A stretch of DNA of 64,000 nucleotides from Faecousia sp. (lineage in GTDB: Bacteria > Bacillota > Clostridia > Oscillospirales > Oscillospiraceae): assembly GCA_045655745.1 (NCBI GenBank), contig JAZOPV010000015.1, positions 26,824-90,823 on the forward strand. Reading direction: 5' to 3'. The notes under the pieces were generated by a model, which worked only from the letters and a program-made list of their open reading frames with translations, was not told where the DNA came from and ran no database searches. Both the position numbers and the translations under genes were made by a program. Shown in pieces: positions 54,414-63,272 of the stretch. Position 1 is the first letter of the stretch; every line of letters starts with the position of its first letter.

Positions 54414-54896
54414 ATGCAGTTTTTGTTCATGAGCCTGTTTGCCCTGGGCATTGTGGCTGTGGACCAGTGGACCAAGTTTTTGGTGTTGGAAAACATCCCT
54501 CTGTGGGGCAATGTGGAAGCCATCCCCGGACTGTTTCATTTGACCTATGTGCGCAATACAGGGGCGGCATTTTCTGCCTTTGAGGGGATGCAGTGGCTCT
54601 TTGCCCTGATTTTTGTGGTGCTGACCATTGGAATTTTCTACGAATATTTTAAAAAGCCCATGGGCTTTACCACCTTGGAGCGTTGGCTCATTGCCGCTAT
54701 TTACGGCGGAGGCTTGGGCAATATGATTGACCGGTTGCGCTTTGGCTATGTTGTGGATATGATTGCGGTGGATTTTATGGAGTTTGCGGTGTTCAATGTG
54801 GCGGATTGCTTTATCACTTGCGGCTGTATTTTGCTCATGGTCCACTTGGCGTTCTTCAACAAGAATTTTTGGAAGGATGAGAAAAAATGCGGCTGA
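54414..54896 (+). CDS. lspA: Lipoprotein signal peptidase
   Basis: DQWTK, RNTGAAF, GNMIDR, FNVAD. Confidence 0.96.
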   Translation: MQFLFMSLFALGIVAVDQWTKFLVLENIPLWGNVEAIPGLFHLTYVRNTGAAFSAFEGMQWLFALIFVVLTIGIFYEYFKKPMGFTTLERWLIAAIYGGGLGNMIDRLRFGYVVDMIAVDFMEFAVFNVADCFITCGCILLMVHLAFFNKNFWKDEKKCG

Positions 54897-55795
54897 TTGC
54901 GGATACCGCAGGGGAACGGCTGGATGCTTTTTTGGCTCGCTGTGGAGAAAATCTCACCCGTTCTGCCGCCCAGCGGCTCCTTGAGGAGGGTGCGGTTTTG
55001 CTCAATGACCGCCCCGGCAAGAAAAATGACAAGCTGAGCGTAGGGGATGTGGTGGACTACACCGTTCCTGCCCCCAAGGAAGTGGACATTGCGCCGACTC
55101 AAATGGAGCTGGATATCGTCTATGAGGACGAGGATATTGCGGTCATCAATAAGCCCAGGGGCTTGGTGGTGCATCCTGCCGCAGGACATCAGCAGGATAC
55201 CTTGGTCAATGGTTTGCTGTATGCCTTGGGGGAGGACTTGTCCGGCATCAACGGGGAACTTCGCCCCGGTATTGTCCACCGGATTGACAAGGATACCTCC
55301 GGACTTTTGGCGGTGGCAAAAAATGATTTTGCCCATACCTTTTTGGCAAGTCAGCTCAAGGACCATTCTATGCATCGGGTGTATGAAGCCATTGTTTGCG
55401 GCTCTTTTCGGGAGGATAGCGGCGTGGTGGATGCCCCCATCGGACGGCATCCGTCTGACCGGAAGAAAATGTGCGTCACACAGCGCAATTCCAAGCAGGC
55501 GGTGACCCATTGGGAGGTGGTAGCCCGTTATCGGGGCTATACCCACATCCGTTGCAGGCTGGAAACGGGGCGCACGCATCAAATTCGTGTCCATATGGCA
55601 CATATCGGTCACCCTATTTTGGGTGATATGGTCTATGGTCACAAGAAAAAAGAGCTGGGGCAGGATACCCAATGCCTGCACGCCGGAACACTTTGCTTTG
55701 CGCATCCTAGGGATGGCAGACCGGTCATGGTCTTTGCCCCTCTGCCGGATTATTTCAAAGAAGTTCTGGAAAAATTAGAAAAACAAGGAATTTGA
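54887..55795 (+). CDS. RluA/RluD-family pseudouridine synthase
   Basis: S4-like N-terminus, NKPRGLVVHP, HRIDKDTSGL, TGRTHQIRVH. Confidence 0.95.
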   Translation: MRLIADTAGERLDAFLARCGENLTRSAAQRLLEEGAVLLNDRPGKKNDKLSVGDVVDYTVPAPKEVDIAPTQMELDIVYEDEDIAVINKPRGLVVHPAAGHQQDTLVNGLLYALGEDLSGINGELRPGIVHRIDKDTSGLLAVAKNDFAHTFLASQLKDHSMHRVYEAIVCGSFREDSGVVDAPIGRHPSDRKKMCVTQRNSKQAVTHWEVVARYRGYTHIRCRLETGRTHQIRVHMAHIGHPILGDMVYGHKKKELGQDTQCLHAGTLCFAHPRDGRPVMVFAPLPDYFKEVLEKLEKQGI

Positions 55796-55805
55796 CATAG
55801 AAATC

Positions 55806-56654
55806 ATGGGTATTTATTCTGATATTTTAATCACAGCGGATTATGACCGCACCATTACCGGACCGAAGGGCGAGGTGCCACAGCGCAATGTGGAAGCCAT
55901 TCGCCACTTTATTGACAATGGTGGCCATTTTACCGTCAATACCGGCAGAAGCTTGCCCAATGCTTCCGTTTGCATCCAAAATGTGCCTATGAATGCACCC
56001 ATTCTTTTATATAATGGTAGTTTGGCAATGGATGGGGAGAAAACGGTATTTTCTCATGAAATCGTCCTGCCTATGGAGGAAACGCTGTTGGCGGTCTGTC
56101 GGGCGTTTCCGGAGCTGAGTGTTTCTTTGCAGGGACTACAGGCACACTATGATTTTCAGTCCCATGGCTTGTGGAAAACCTATCTCCATGAGGAAAATAC
56201 CATCCATCAGCGTGCCCGTGCGGGTGTAGAGTATGGCCCGTTTATCAAGTTCAATGTGTATCATTACAACGAGGGCGAGATACAGGCGCAAATGTTTACC
56301 GGAACACCGGAGGAAATCGCTCTTATGGATCGGGCGGAAGCATGGATTTTGGAGCATTATAAAGATACCTTGTCGGTGTTCCGCTCCGGCGCAAGACTGC
56401 TGAATGTCCATGCCGCCGGCGTGTCCAAGCTGGCAGGCGCACGGCAGCTGCAGCAGCTGTTGGGTAAGAAAATCCTTATTTGCATTGGGGATGAGGGCAA
56501 TGATGTATCTATGCTGGAGGGGGCAGACTATGCCTTCTGCCCTGCCGATGGCAAGGTGGCAGACCAGTTTCCCAATGTGTGTCCCTGCGGCGAGGGTGCT
56601 GTCGCCGATGTGGTTTACAATCGAATTCCCGAAATTTTGAAAGGGCTAAAATAA
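55806..56654 (+). CDS. HAD-IIB (Cof-like) hydrolase, paralog 1
   Basis: DYDRT, NTGR, SK..G, GDEGND. Confidence 0.9.
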   Translation: MGIYSDILITADYDRTITGPKGEVPQRNVEAIRHFIDNGGHFTVNTGRSLPNASVCIQNVPMNAPILLYNGSLAMDGEKTVFSHEIVLPMEETLLAVCRAFPELSVSLQGLQAHYDFQSHGLWKTYLHEENTIHQRARAGVEYGPFIKFNVYHYNEGEIQAQMFTGTPEEIALMDRAEAWILEHYKDTLSVFRSGARLLNVHAAGVSKLAGARQLQQLLGKKILICIGDEGNDVSMLEGADYAFCPADGKVADQFPNVCPCGEGAVADVVYNRIPEILKGLK

Positions 56655-57529
56655 TGGCAATGTATTCTGATGTCTTGCTGACCGTCGATTTTGACCGTAC
56701 CCTGACCGCACCGGACTCCTCCATTCCCAAGCGGAATTTGGAGGCAATCCGGTATTTTATGGAGCAGGGCGGTCATTTTACAGTGAATACGGGGCGAAGT
56801 GTCCCGATGGCACTGAAACATATTATCCATACTGTTCCTGCCAATGCACCGTTGTTGCTGTATAACGGCAGCGCTGCCTATGATGAAGAGCAGGATTGCC
56901 TGATAAATTGCGCCCCTATTGCGTTGCCCTTAGGGGAGCTTCGGGATTTGCAAAGGCGGTTTCCGGAGCTGAATTTGGAGGTGCAAGCGGCGGATGCCCA
57001 CTATCTTTTGAATAAAAATCCGAGCTGGGAGGATTATTGCGACCACAATGGCTGCCCTTGGTTCTATGCTGAGCCGGAGAATATTCCCGGTCCGTTTTTG
57101 AAATTTTCGTTCAACGGGCAGTTTTGGGAAAATACAGTGGCATCCATGTATACAGGCACACCGGAGGAGATTGCCCAAATTGACCGGGCGGTAGCATATA
57201 TGCAGGCAACCTATGGGGACAGACTGGAAATTTTTCGCCCCTGTGCCCGGATTGTGGATTTTCATGCCAAGGGCGTGTCAAAGCTGAATGCCGCCCGTGC
57301 CTTGCAGAAGCAGCTGGGAAAGGATATTTTGGTCTGCGTGGGAGATGCGGAGAATGATTTGACCATGCTGGAGGGGGTGGACTATGCCTTTTGCCCCTCT
57401 GACGGTGTGGTGGCAGACCGATTCCCAAATGTATGCCCCTGTGCACAGGGGGCGATTGCGGATGTGATTTATGAAAAAATCCCGGAGATTCTAAAAAAGA
57501 GGCTTGACAATGGCTCTGCTTCATGGTAG
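56654..57529 (+). CDS. HAD-IIB (Cof-like) hydrolase, paralog 2
   Basis: DFDRT, NTGR, GDAEND; TAATG-coupled to paralog 1. Confidence 0.9.
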   Translation: MAMYSDVLLTVDFDRTLTAPDSSIPKRNLEAIRYFMEQGGHFTVNTGRSVPMALKHIIHTVPANAPLLLYNGSAAYDEEQDCLINCAPIALPLGELRDLQRRFPELNLEVQAADAHYLLNKNPSWEDYCDHNGCPWFYAEPENIPGPFLKFSFNGQFWENTVASMYTGTPEEIAQIDRAVAYMQATYGDRLEIFRPCARIVDFHAKGVSKLNAARALQKQLGKDILVCVGDAENDLTMLEGVDYAFCPSDGVVADRFPNVCPCAQGAIADVIYEKIPEILKKRLDNGSASW

Positions 57530-57557
57530 AATCGAAAAGCTGAATCAGTCAGGAGCT

Positions 57558-57631
57558 GCGGGTGTAGTTCAATGGTAGAACACCAGCCTTCCAAGCTGGA
57601 TACGCGGGTCCGATTCCCGTCACCCGCTCCA
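57558..57631 (+). tRNA. tRNA-Gly(TCC)
   Basis: 74-nt cloverleaf, anticodon loop CTTCCAA, encoded CCA; T loop reads TCCGATT. Confidence 0.92.
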
Positions 57632-57638
57632 TTCAAAT

Positions 57639-57715
57639 GCGCCAGTAGCTCAGCTGGATAGAGCAACTGCCTTCTAAGCAGTAGGTCGGGGGTTCGAGTC
57701 CCTTCTGGCGTACCA
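57639..57715 (+). tRNA. tRNA-Arg(TCT)
   Basis: 77 nt, anticodon loop CTTCTAA, GGTTCGAGTCC, CCA. Confidence 0.96.
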
Positions 57716-57730
57716 TTCAGCAAACAATAT

Positions 57731-57807
57731 GGTGGGTGTCGCCAAGCGGTTAAGGCACCGGATTGTGGTTCCGGTATTCGTGGGTTCGATTCCCATCACC
57801 CACCCCA
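57731..57807 (+). tRNA. tRNA-His(GTG)
   Basis: Encoded G-1, anticodon loop TTGTGGT, GGTTCGATTCC, CCA. Confidence 0.96.
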
Positions 57808-57843
57808 TAAAAAAGAGAGTAGCATTTGCTACTCTCTTTTTTA
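57808..57843. terminator. Terminator after the tRNA cluster
   Basis: AAAAAGAGAGTAGC-ATTT-GCTACTCTCTTTTT. Confidence 0.88.
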
Positions 57844-57909
57844 TATGGGTATTTGTGGGAGATTCCCATGTGTTAGCTTTCCACTTCATGACAGCCGTGC
57901 TTGCTTGTT

Positions 57910-59499
57910 TTAGCGGGCACGGACATATTTTTCCAAAGTTCTGCGGACAGCGCCGGCGCCGGCATACAGCTCAGCTACCATGCCTTCAATTTTTCCGCCC
58001 AAGCCTGCTTCGTACAGGTCGAGACCAAATACATCGGAACGGGAGTACAGCTTTTTCAGACAGCGCAAGTCCTGAGGGCCTTCTCTGACTTCCAGAGGTG
58101 CTACGATTGCCTGTAGTTCGGCAAGCAACGGGTCGGGAGAAGGCTCAAAGGCTTCACCTGCATCGTTGATGCCCTTGAGGTAACGGGCATAGCCAGCCAA
58201 AACCAGAGGAATCAGCGTTAGATTGTCCAGATTCAACCCCGTCTTAATGTAGGATTTGATGGTCTCGCCGAAGCGGATGGCCAACTTCTGGGAGGTGTCC
58301 ATGGCGATACGCTGCGGAGCATCGGGCATGAAGGGGTTAGGCAGGCGGCGGTTCAAAACAGCGCCGATAAACTCATAGGGATTCAGAACGCCGGGGTCGG
58401 TGACCACAGGCATGGCCTCAATGTAGCCGATTTTTTGGATGAAGGAGCGAATAGTTTCGTCCTTCATCTCGGCAGAAATCAGATTGTAGCCCAGCATACA
58501 GCCATAGATGGACATGGCAGTGTGCAGGGGGTTGAGGCAGGTGGTGACCTTCATGGTTTCCACCTTGTCCACAGTCTCACGGGTGGTGTACATCACGCCG
58601 CCCAGATGTAGGGGAGGATGGCCGTTGGGATAGTTATCCTCAATAACCAGATACTCTGTTTCTTCTGCGTTGATAAAGGGCGCAGTGAAGCTGTGGCGCT
58701 CGGTTTCGATGGTGTAGTTATCCTCAAAGCCGTCCTTTGCCAGCATATCCTGCACCAATTCATGGGGACGGGGGGTGATTTTGTCAATCATAGACCAGGG
58801 AAAGGTGACCTTGGTTTCATCCTGAACATAGGCAAGGAACTCGGCAGACACCAGTCCGTCAGCCACCCACTTGTTAACATAGGTCAGGACACCGGACTTG
58901 ACCTTGTCACCGTTGTGAGAGCAGTTATCCATGCTCTGAACTGTCAGAGGCAGTGCACCTGCCAGGAAACGTTCATGCAACAGTACAGCTACCTTGCCCA
59001 TGGCAAGAACCGGCTTCATGCCCCGTTCCAAATCGTGAGGGGCAACGCCGTAGCCCTTCTCGGTGATGGTGAAGGAAATCATCTGCAGGGAAGGCTTGCG
59101 GAAAATCTCGCACAGACGAGCCCAGTCGGACTCAAACTGATAGTCTGCTTTGACACACTCGGTAACAGAGCCAATGACCTTCTTCTCAATTTCACCGGTG
59201 GATTTCAGGCTCACAAGCAAGGACAGATTCTCGTAGGGGGTGTAGGCTTTGTCGATGATTTCGTAGTCAAAGGACTCCGCCACGATGATACCGCGGTCAT
59301 AAGCACCGGTGTTCAGAACGCTGTCCAGAACAGCGGCGGGGAAAGCACGGAAGATGTTGCCGGCACCAAAGTGCACCCAAGTGGGCTCCTTGGCGGTCTT
59401 TTCCTTAATGGTTTTCAGGTCGTATTTGGGTAGGGCGTAGCCCTTTGCTTCCCATTCTTGGGGGTTAAAGGAAGGATTTAGAATATCAGTCAGCTTCAT
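57910..59499 (-). CDS. uxuB: Mannitol dehydrogenase family protein (D-mannonate oxidoreductase-like)
   Basis: WVHFGAGNIFRA, FTITEKGY, SMDNCSHNG, MIDKITP, LNPLH; follows uxuA. Confidence 0.8.
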   Translation of the reverse strand: MKLTDILNPSFNPQEWEAKGYALPKYDLKTIKEKTAKEPTWVHFGAGNIFRAFPAAVLDSVLNTGAYDRGIIVAESFDYEIIDKAYTPYENLSLLVSLKSTGEIEKKVIGSVTECVKADYQFESDWARLCEIFRKPSLQMISFTITEKGYGVAPHDLERGMKPVLAMGKVAVLLHERFLAGALPLTVQSMDNCSHNGDKVKSGVLTYVNKWVADGLVSAEFLAYVQDETKVTFPWSMIDKITPRPHELVQDMLAKDGFEDNYTIETERHSFTAPFINAEETEYLVIEDNYPNGHPPLHLGGVMYTTRETVDKVETMKVTTCLNPLHTAMSIYGCMLGYNLISAEMKDETIRSFIQKIGYIEAMPVVTDPGVLNPYEFIGAVLNRRLPNPFMPDAPQRIAMDTSQKLAIRFGETIKSYIKTGLNLDNLTLIPLVLAGYARYLKGINDAGEAFEPSPDPLLAELQAIVAPLEVREGPQDLRCLKKLYSRSDVFGLDLYEAGLGGKIEGMVAELYAGAGAVRRTLEKYVRAR

Positions 59500-59524
59500 T
59501 TGAAGAGTCTCTCCTTATTTGTAA

Positions 59525-60616
59525 TCAAGCCTTGCCGGCAAGTTTGTCTAGCATATCCCATACGCCCAGCATATACATAATGCCAAGCGCTCTGTCGTAC
59601 AGACCATAGCCGGGGCGGACTGTGCCGGGACCTTCTCCCCACAGATGACGGCCGTGGTCAGGACGGATGTAGCCCTCAAAGCCGCCCTCGTGGTAGGCTT
59701 TCAGGATTTCCAAAATGCCGGTGTCGCCATCGCAGTCCCGATGGCTTGCTTCGGAGAAATCGCCGTTTTCGAAGTGCTTGACATTACGGATGTGGGCAAA
59801 GGCGATGCGGTCGCAGTGCTTGCGGACGACATCAGCAACATTGTTGTTAAGGTCAGCACCCAAAGAGCCAGAGCACAGGGTCAGGCAGTTGCAGGGGTGG
59901 TCCACCATCTTCAGGAAACGGTCGATGTTGGGCTCGTTGATGAGGAGTCTGGGCAGACCGAAGATATCCCATGGGGGGTCGTCCATGTGGATTGCCATTT
60001 TGATGTCGCACTCCTCACAGGCAGGCATAATGGCTTCCAGGAAGTACTGGAGGTTTGCCCATAGCTTTTCGTGGTTCACATCTGCATAGGCCTTGAACAG
60101 CTCGTCCAGCTTGGCCATACGCTCGGGCTCCCAACCGGGGAAGGACATATTGTACTTTTCGGTGAAGTCCAGAATGTACTTTGCCATGGCGTTGTAGTCA
60201 TCCTGAATCATGCCCTTTTCGTAGAACAAAGCCGTGGAACCGTCGCCCACTTCGTGGAACAGGTTACTGCGGGTCCAGTCAAAGATGGGCATAAAGTTAT
60301 AACAAATAACTTTGACACCAAATTTGGACAGATTACGAATGGTCTGTTTGTATGCCTCAATGTGCTTGTCCCGACTGGGCAGGCCGATTTTAATGTCATC
60401 GTGGACATTGACGGATTCCACCACATCGCCGTTGAAGCCATATGCGTGGAGCTGGTCCATCACTTCCTTGATTTCCTGCTCTTGCCAGACTTCGCCGGGC
60501 ATCTTGTGGTGCAGTGCCCAGACGATGCTGGTCACGCCGGGGATCTGTTTGATGTCAGAGAGCTTAATTTTGTCGTTGCCTTCGCCGTACCAGCGAAAAC
60601 CCATTTGCATAGGCAT
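59525..60616 (-). CDS. uxuA: Mannonate dehydratase
   Basis: MGFRWYG, VESVNVHDDIK, CYNFMP, HMDDPP, RPDHG, GYGLYDRALG. Confidence 0.96.
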   Translation of the reverse strand: MPMQMGFRWYGEGNDKIKLSDIKQIPGVTSIVWALHHKMPGEVWQEQEIKEVMDQLHAYGFNGDVVESVNVHDDIKIGLPSRDKHIEAYKQTIRNLSKFGVKVICYNFMPIFDWTRSNLFHEVGDGSTALFYEKGMIQDDYNAMAKYILDFTEKYNMSFPGWEPERMAKLDELFKAYADVNHEKLWANLQYFLEAIMPACEECDIKMAIHMDDPPWDIFGLPRLLINEPNIDRFLKMVDHPCNCLTLCSGSLGADLNNNVADVVRKHCDRIAFAHIRNVKHFENGDFSEASHRDCDGDTGILEILKAYHEGGFEGYIRPDHGRHLWGEGPGTVRPGYGLYDRALGIMYMLGVWDMLDKLAGKA

Positions 60617-60769
60617 ATTTTGGTCCTCCTGCGAGTTAGATATTAAAAAGTGTTAAAAAATGGAATTTTAATTGTAAATCCTGGGATTGCGTATGCCGTG
60701 TTCTGTTGGGCATTTTGCAAGGAATATGGTGTGACATTTCATGTGTTTGCGAAAACTGTGGGGGAATAA

Positions 60770-61336
60770 TTAAGGGGAAGCTAACAGCAGGGGCTTGGTT
60801 AGCATGATGGTTGCGGCATGTGCCATTTCCTTTGGGGAAATGCGGAAGTCATCCTGATACCATTTAAAAATCATGGACAGCAAACCACAGATGGTGAAGG
60901 AAATTGCCATTTCTTGATAAAAGGTGTCCCACACCTTCGTAACGGAAGGGGCTAATTGCTCTTTCTGCGCCAACATCGTTCCTCTTTCCACCAGAACACC
61001 GGAGAGATTGCTGCGGTATAGCGCGCCAAGCAGGGTTCTTCTGTCGTACCAAAATTGGAAGAAACGCTCCAAATCTTCCTTTGGAGTGCCACCTTTCAGA
61101 CCGCTCAGAGAACCGGATTCGTAAAAATCCATGAGTGTGTGGTCAATTAAGGAATACAGGGCGCCTTCCTTACCGGAAAAGTAGCGGTAGAAGGATTTTC
61201 TGGTGATACCCAACTGGGTACAGATGTCACTGATGAGAATTTCGTCAAATTTTTTATGTTGCATTTGCTCAAAAAGACCTTTTTCCAATTCTCGCTGCCT
61301 TTTGGAGGATTGTTCTGTTTTACACAGTTTGTACAT
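60770..61336 (-). CDS. TetR/AcrR-family regulator
   Basis: N-terminal HTH ISDICTQLGITRKSFYRYF. Confidence 0.9.
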   Translation of the reverse strand: MYKLCKTEQSSKRQRELEKGLFEQMQHKKFDEILISDICTQLGITRKSFYRYFSGKEGALYSLIDHTLMDFYESGSLSGLKGGTPKEDLERFFQFWYDRRTLLGALYRSNLSGVLVERGTMLAQKEQLAPSVTKVWDTFYQEMAISFTICGLLSMIFKWYQDDFRISPKEMAHAATIMLTKPLLLASP

Positions 61337-61395
61337 GGATATACCTCCCTTTTACATTAGTATATCAAAAAAAAGAGGATTATCAAGCGATAGAC

Positions 61396-61424
61396 TGTGA
61401 TTTGTGAATTATATACAAATCACA
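61396..61424. promoter_or_regulatory. Inverted repeat between divergent tetR and transporter genes, candidate operator
   Basis: TGTGATTTGT-9 nt-ACAAATCACA. Confidence 0.55.
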
Positions 61425-61550
61425 CCTGTGAAAATTTTTAGGCAGGTGTCACAGAAGACTCCTTTTGTCCCCTAGTTAATCATTTGCGCAGGCATTATAA
61501 TAAAATATATTCTGAGGCAGGATTACCTGCAAAGAAAAGGAGGATTTTTT

Positions 61551-63143
61551 GTGAAAACAAAAGAGAAAAAGACTGCTGTCAATGGAATTCGCCCATTTGG
61601 CGTCCGTGACAGACTGGCTTATGCCGCCGGTGACCTGGGCTGTAATTTGAGCTTTGGCTTGAAGAACACTGTGCAGACCTTCTGGCTGGTTTTCATGATG
61701 ATGGAAACAGGTGTTTTCTCTTTGTTGCTTCTGCTGGTTCAGGCGTGGGATGCAATCAACGATCCCCTGATCGGATCCCTAATCGATAACGACAAGAGAA
61801 AGTATAAAATCGGTAAGTATAAGACCTACATTCTGATCGGTGCGTGCGGTCTGCTGGTTGGCGGCGCAGCTGTTTTTCTGCCCTTCCCCAATGCCACTAC
61901 TGTTGTTAAGGCTGTTCTGTTCATCGTTGGTTATGTTATTTGGGATGCTGCTTACACCATGGCAAATGTTCCTTATGGCACCATGCTGAATATTGTTACC
62001 GAAAACAATGAAGAGAGAGCTTCTCTGTCTGTGTTCCGTTCCATCGGTGGCGCTGTCGGCGGCATGATCCCCGGCATCATCCTGCCTATGCTGATTTGGA
62101 ACAAGGTTACCTTTGATCCCCAAAACCCCACTTGGTTCCTGGATAAGATCGAGATTCCCGCAGGCGCAGAGAGTGCGTTTTCTCCGGAGAACTTCCTAAA
62201 GAATCCTGTGACCGGAGAAGCTTATCAGGTTGGCGATAAAGTCCTCAGCCCTCTGACTGGTGGACAAATCGAAGTACTGCTGGGAGAAAAAGTGTTCTGG
62301 GCTGCTCTGATCATGGGCCTTTTGGCATTTTTCTTTTTCATTTTTATGATTCGCAACATTACCATTCGTGGCAATGAATATGCACAGCTGAATCAGGGCG
62401 GCGGCGAAAAGGTCAACCTGATCAAGTCCTTTGGCTCCTTCATGAAGAACCGTCCCGCTGTTGGCTGCACCATCGCCGCTATGGGTATGTTCCTTGGTAT
62501 GCAGTCAGCCGGTACTGCAAATACCATCATGTTTGCTACGCACTTCGGTCAGGCTTCTCTGTCCGGCCTGGTTATGATGGTCGGCTTCCTGCCCATGTTC
62601 ATCTTCATGCCCTTTGCAACCAAGCTGGTTAAGAAGTTTGGTAAGAAGGAAGTTGCATCCATTGGCTCTATTGCTGGCCTGATCGGCGGCGCTATCCTGT
62701 GCGTATTCCCCATGTGTCCCAGGAACCTGCAGCTTATGGTTTACATGATCGGCTTGGTCTTCTTCGGCTTGGGCATGGGCTTCTATAACTGCGTGTCCTG
62801 GGCTATGATGGGTGATGCCATTGATTACCAGGAGTGGAAGTTTGGCAAGCGTGAGGAAAGCGTTGTTTACGCCCTGCACTCCTTCTTCCGTAAGCTGGCT
62901 CAGGGTGTTGGCCCCGCCGCTGTCATTGCCATCATGGGCACTCCTCTGATCGGTTATGTATCCTCTTTGGGCACGATCGGTCAATCCGCTGAAACCGCAA
63001 GCAAACTGTGCTGGTTGGTTGCTTGTCTGTATACCTTTAGTGCTGTCTGTCAGTTTGTCGGTGTTGCGCTGGTTTATAATATCGACAAGAAGACTCTGGC
63101 GAAGATGCAGGCTGAACTGGCTGAGCGTCGCGGCGAAAAGTAA
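61551..63143 (+). CDS. GPH (MelB/UidB-like) MFS sugar transporter with a loop insertion
   Basis: AYAAGDLG, WDAINDPLIGSLID, GK..YKTYI, ANVPYG, ER..LS.FR, AMMGDAIDY.EWK.GKR.E. Confidence 0.92.
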   Translation: MKTKEKKTAVNGIRPFGVRDRLAYAAGDLGCNLSFGLKNTVQTFWLVFMMMETGVFSLLLLLVQAWDAINDPLIGSLIDNDKRKYKIGKYKTYILIGACGLLVGGAAVFLPFPNATTVVKAVLFIVGYVIWDAAYTMANVPYGTMLNIVTENNEERASLSVFRSIGGAVGGMIPGIILPMLIWNKVTFDPQNPTWFLDKIEIPAGAESAFSPENFLKNPVTGEAYQVGDKVLSPLTGGQIEVLLGEKVFWAALIMGLLAFFFFIFMIRNITIRGNEYAQLNQGGGEKVNLIKSFGSFMKNRPAVGCTIAAMGMFLGMQSAGTANTIMFATHFGQASLSGLVMMVGFLPMFIFMPFATKLVKKFGKKEVASIGSIAGLIGGAILCVFPMCPRNLQLMVYMIGLVFFGLGMGFYNCVSWAMMGDAIDYQEWKFGKREESVVYALHSFFRKLAQGVGPAAVIAIMGTPLIGYVSSLGTIGQSAETASKLCWLVACLYTFSAVCQFVGVALVYNIDKKTLAKMQAELAERRGEK

Positions 63144-63155
63144 TCCTCGTCAGAA

Positions 63156-63193
63156 AACTGCCGCATCCGCCTATGCAGATGCGGCAGTTTTTC
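63156..63193 (+). terminator. Stem-loop between the transporter and GH2 genes
   Basis: AAAACTGCCGCATC / GATGCGGCAGTTTT. Confidence 0.75.
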
Positions 63194-63272
63194 AAATGTT
63201 TTCACTTTGTTTATGACTTTTATAATTACACTGATATAATTTAAAATAGTAATATTTAGGAGGTAACTCAAA

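Noticed and set aside
55830-56710. DxDRT in place of DxDGT in both HAD proteins as a sign of inactivity
   Set aside because: Both catalytic Asp residues and motifs II-IV are intact.
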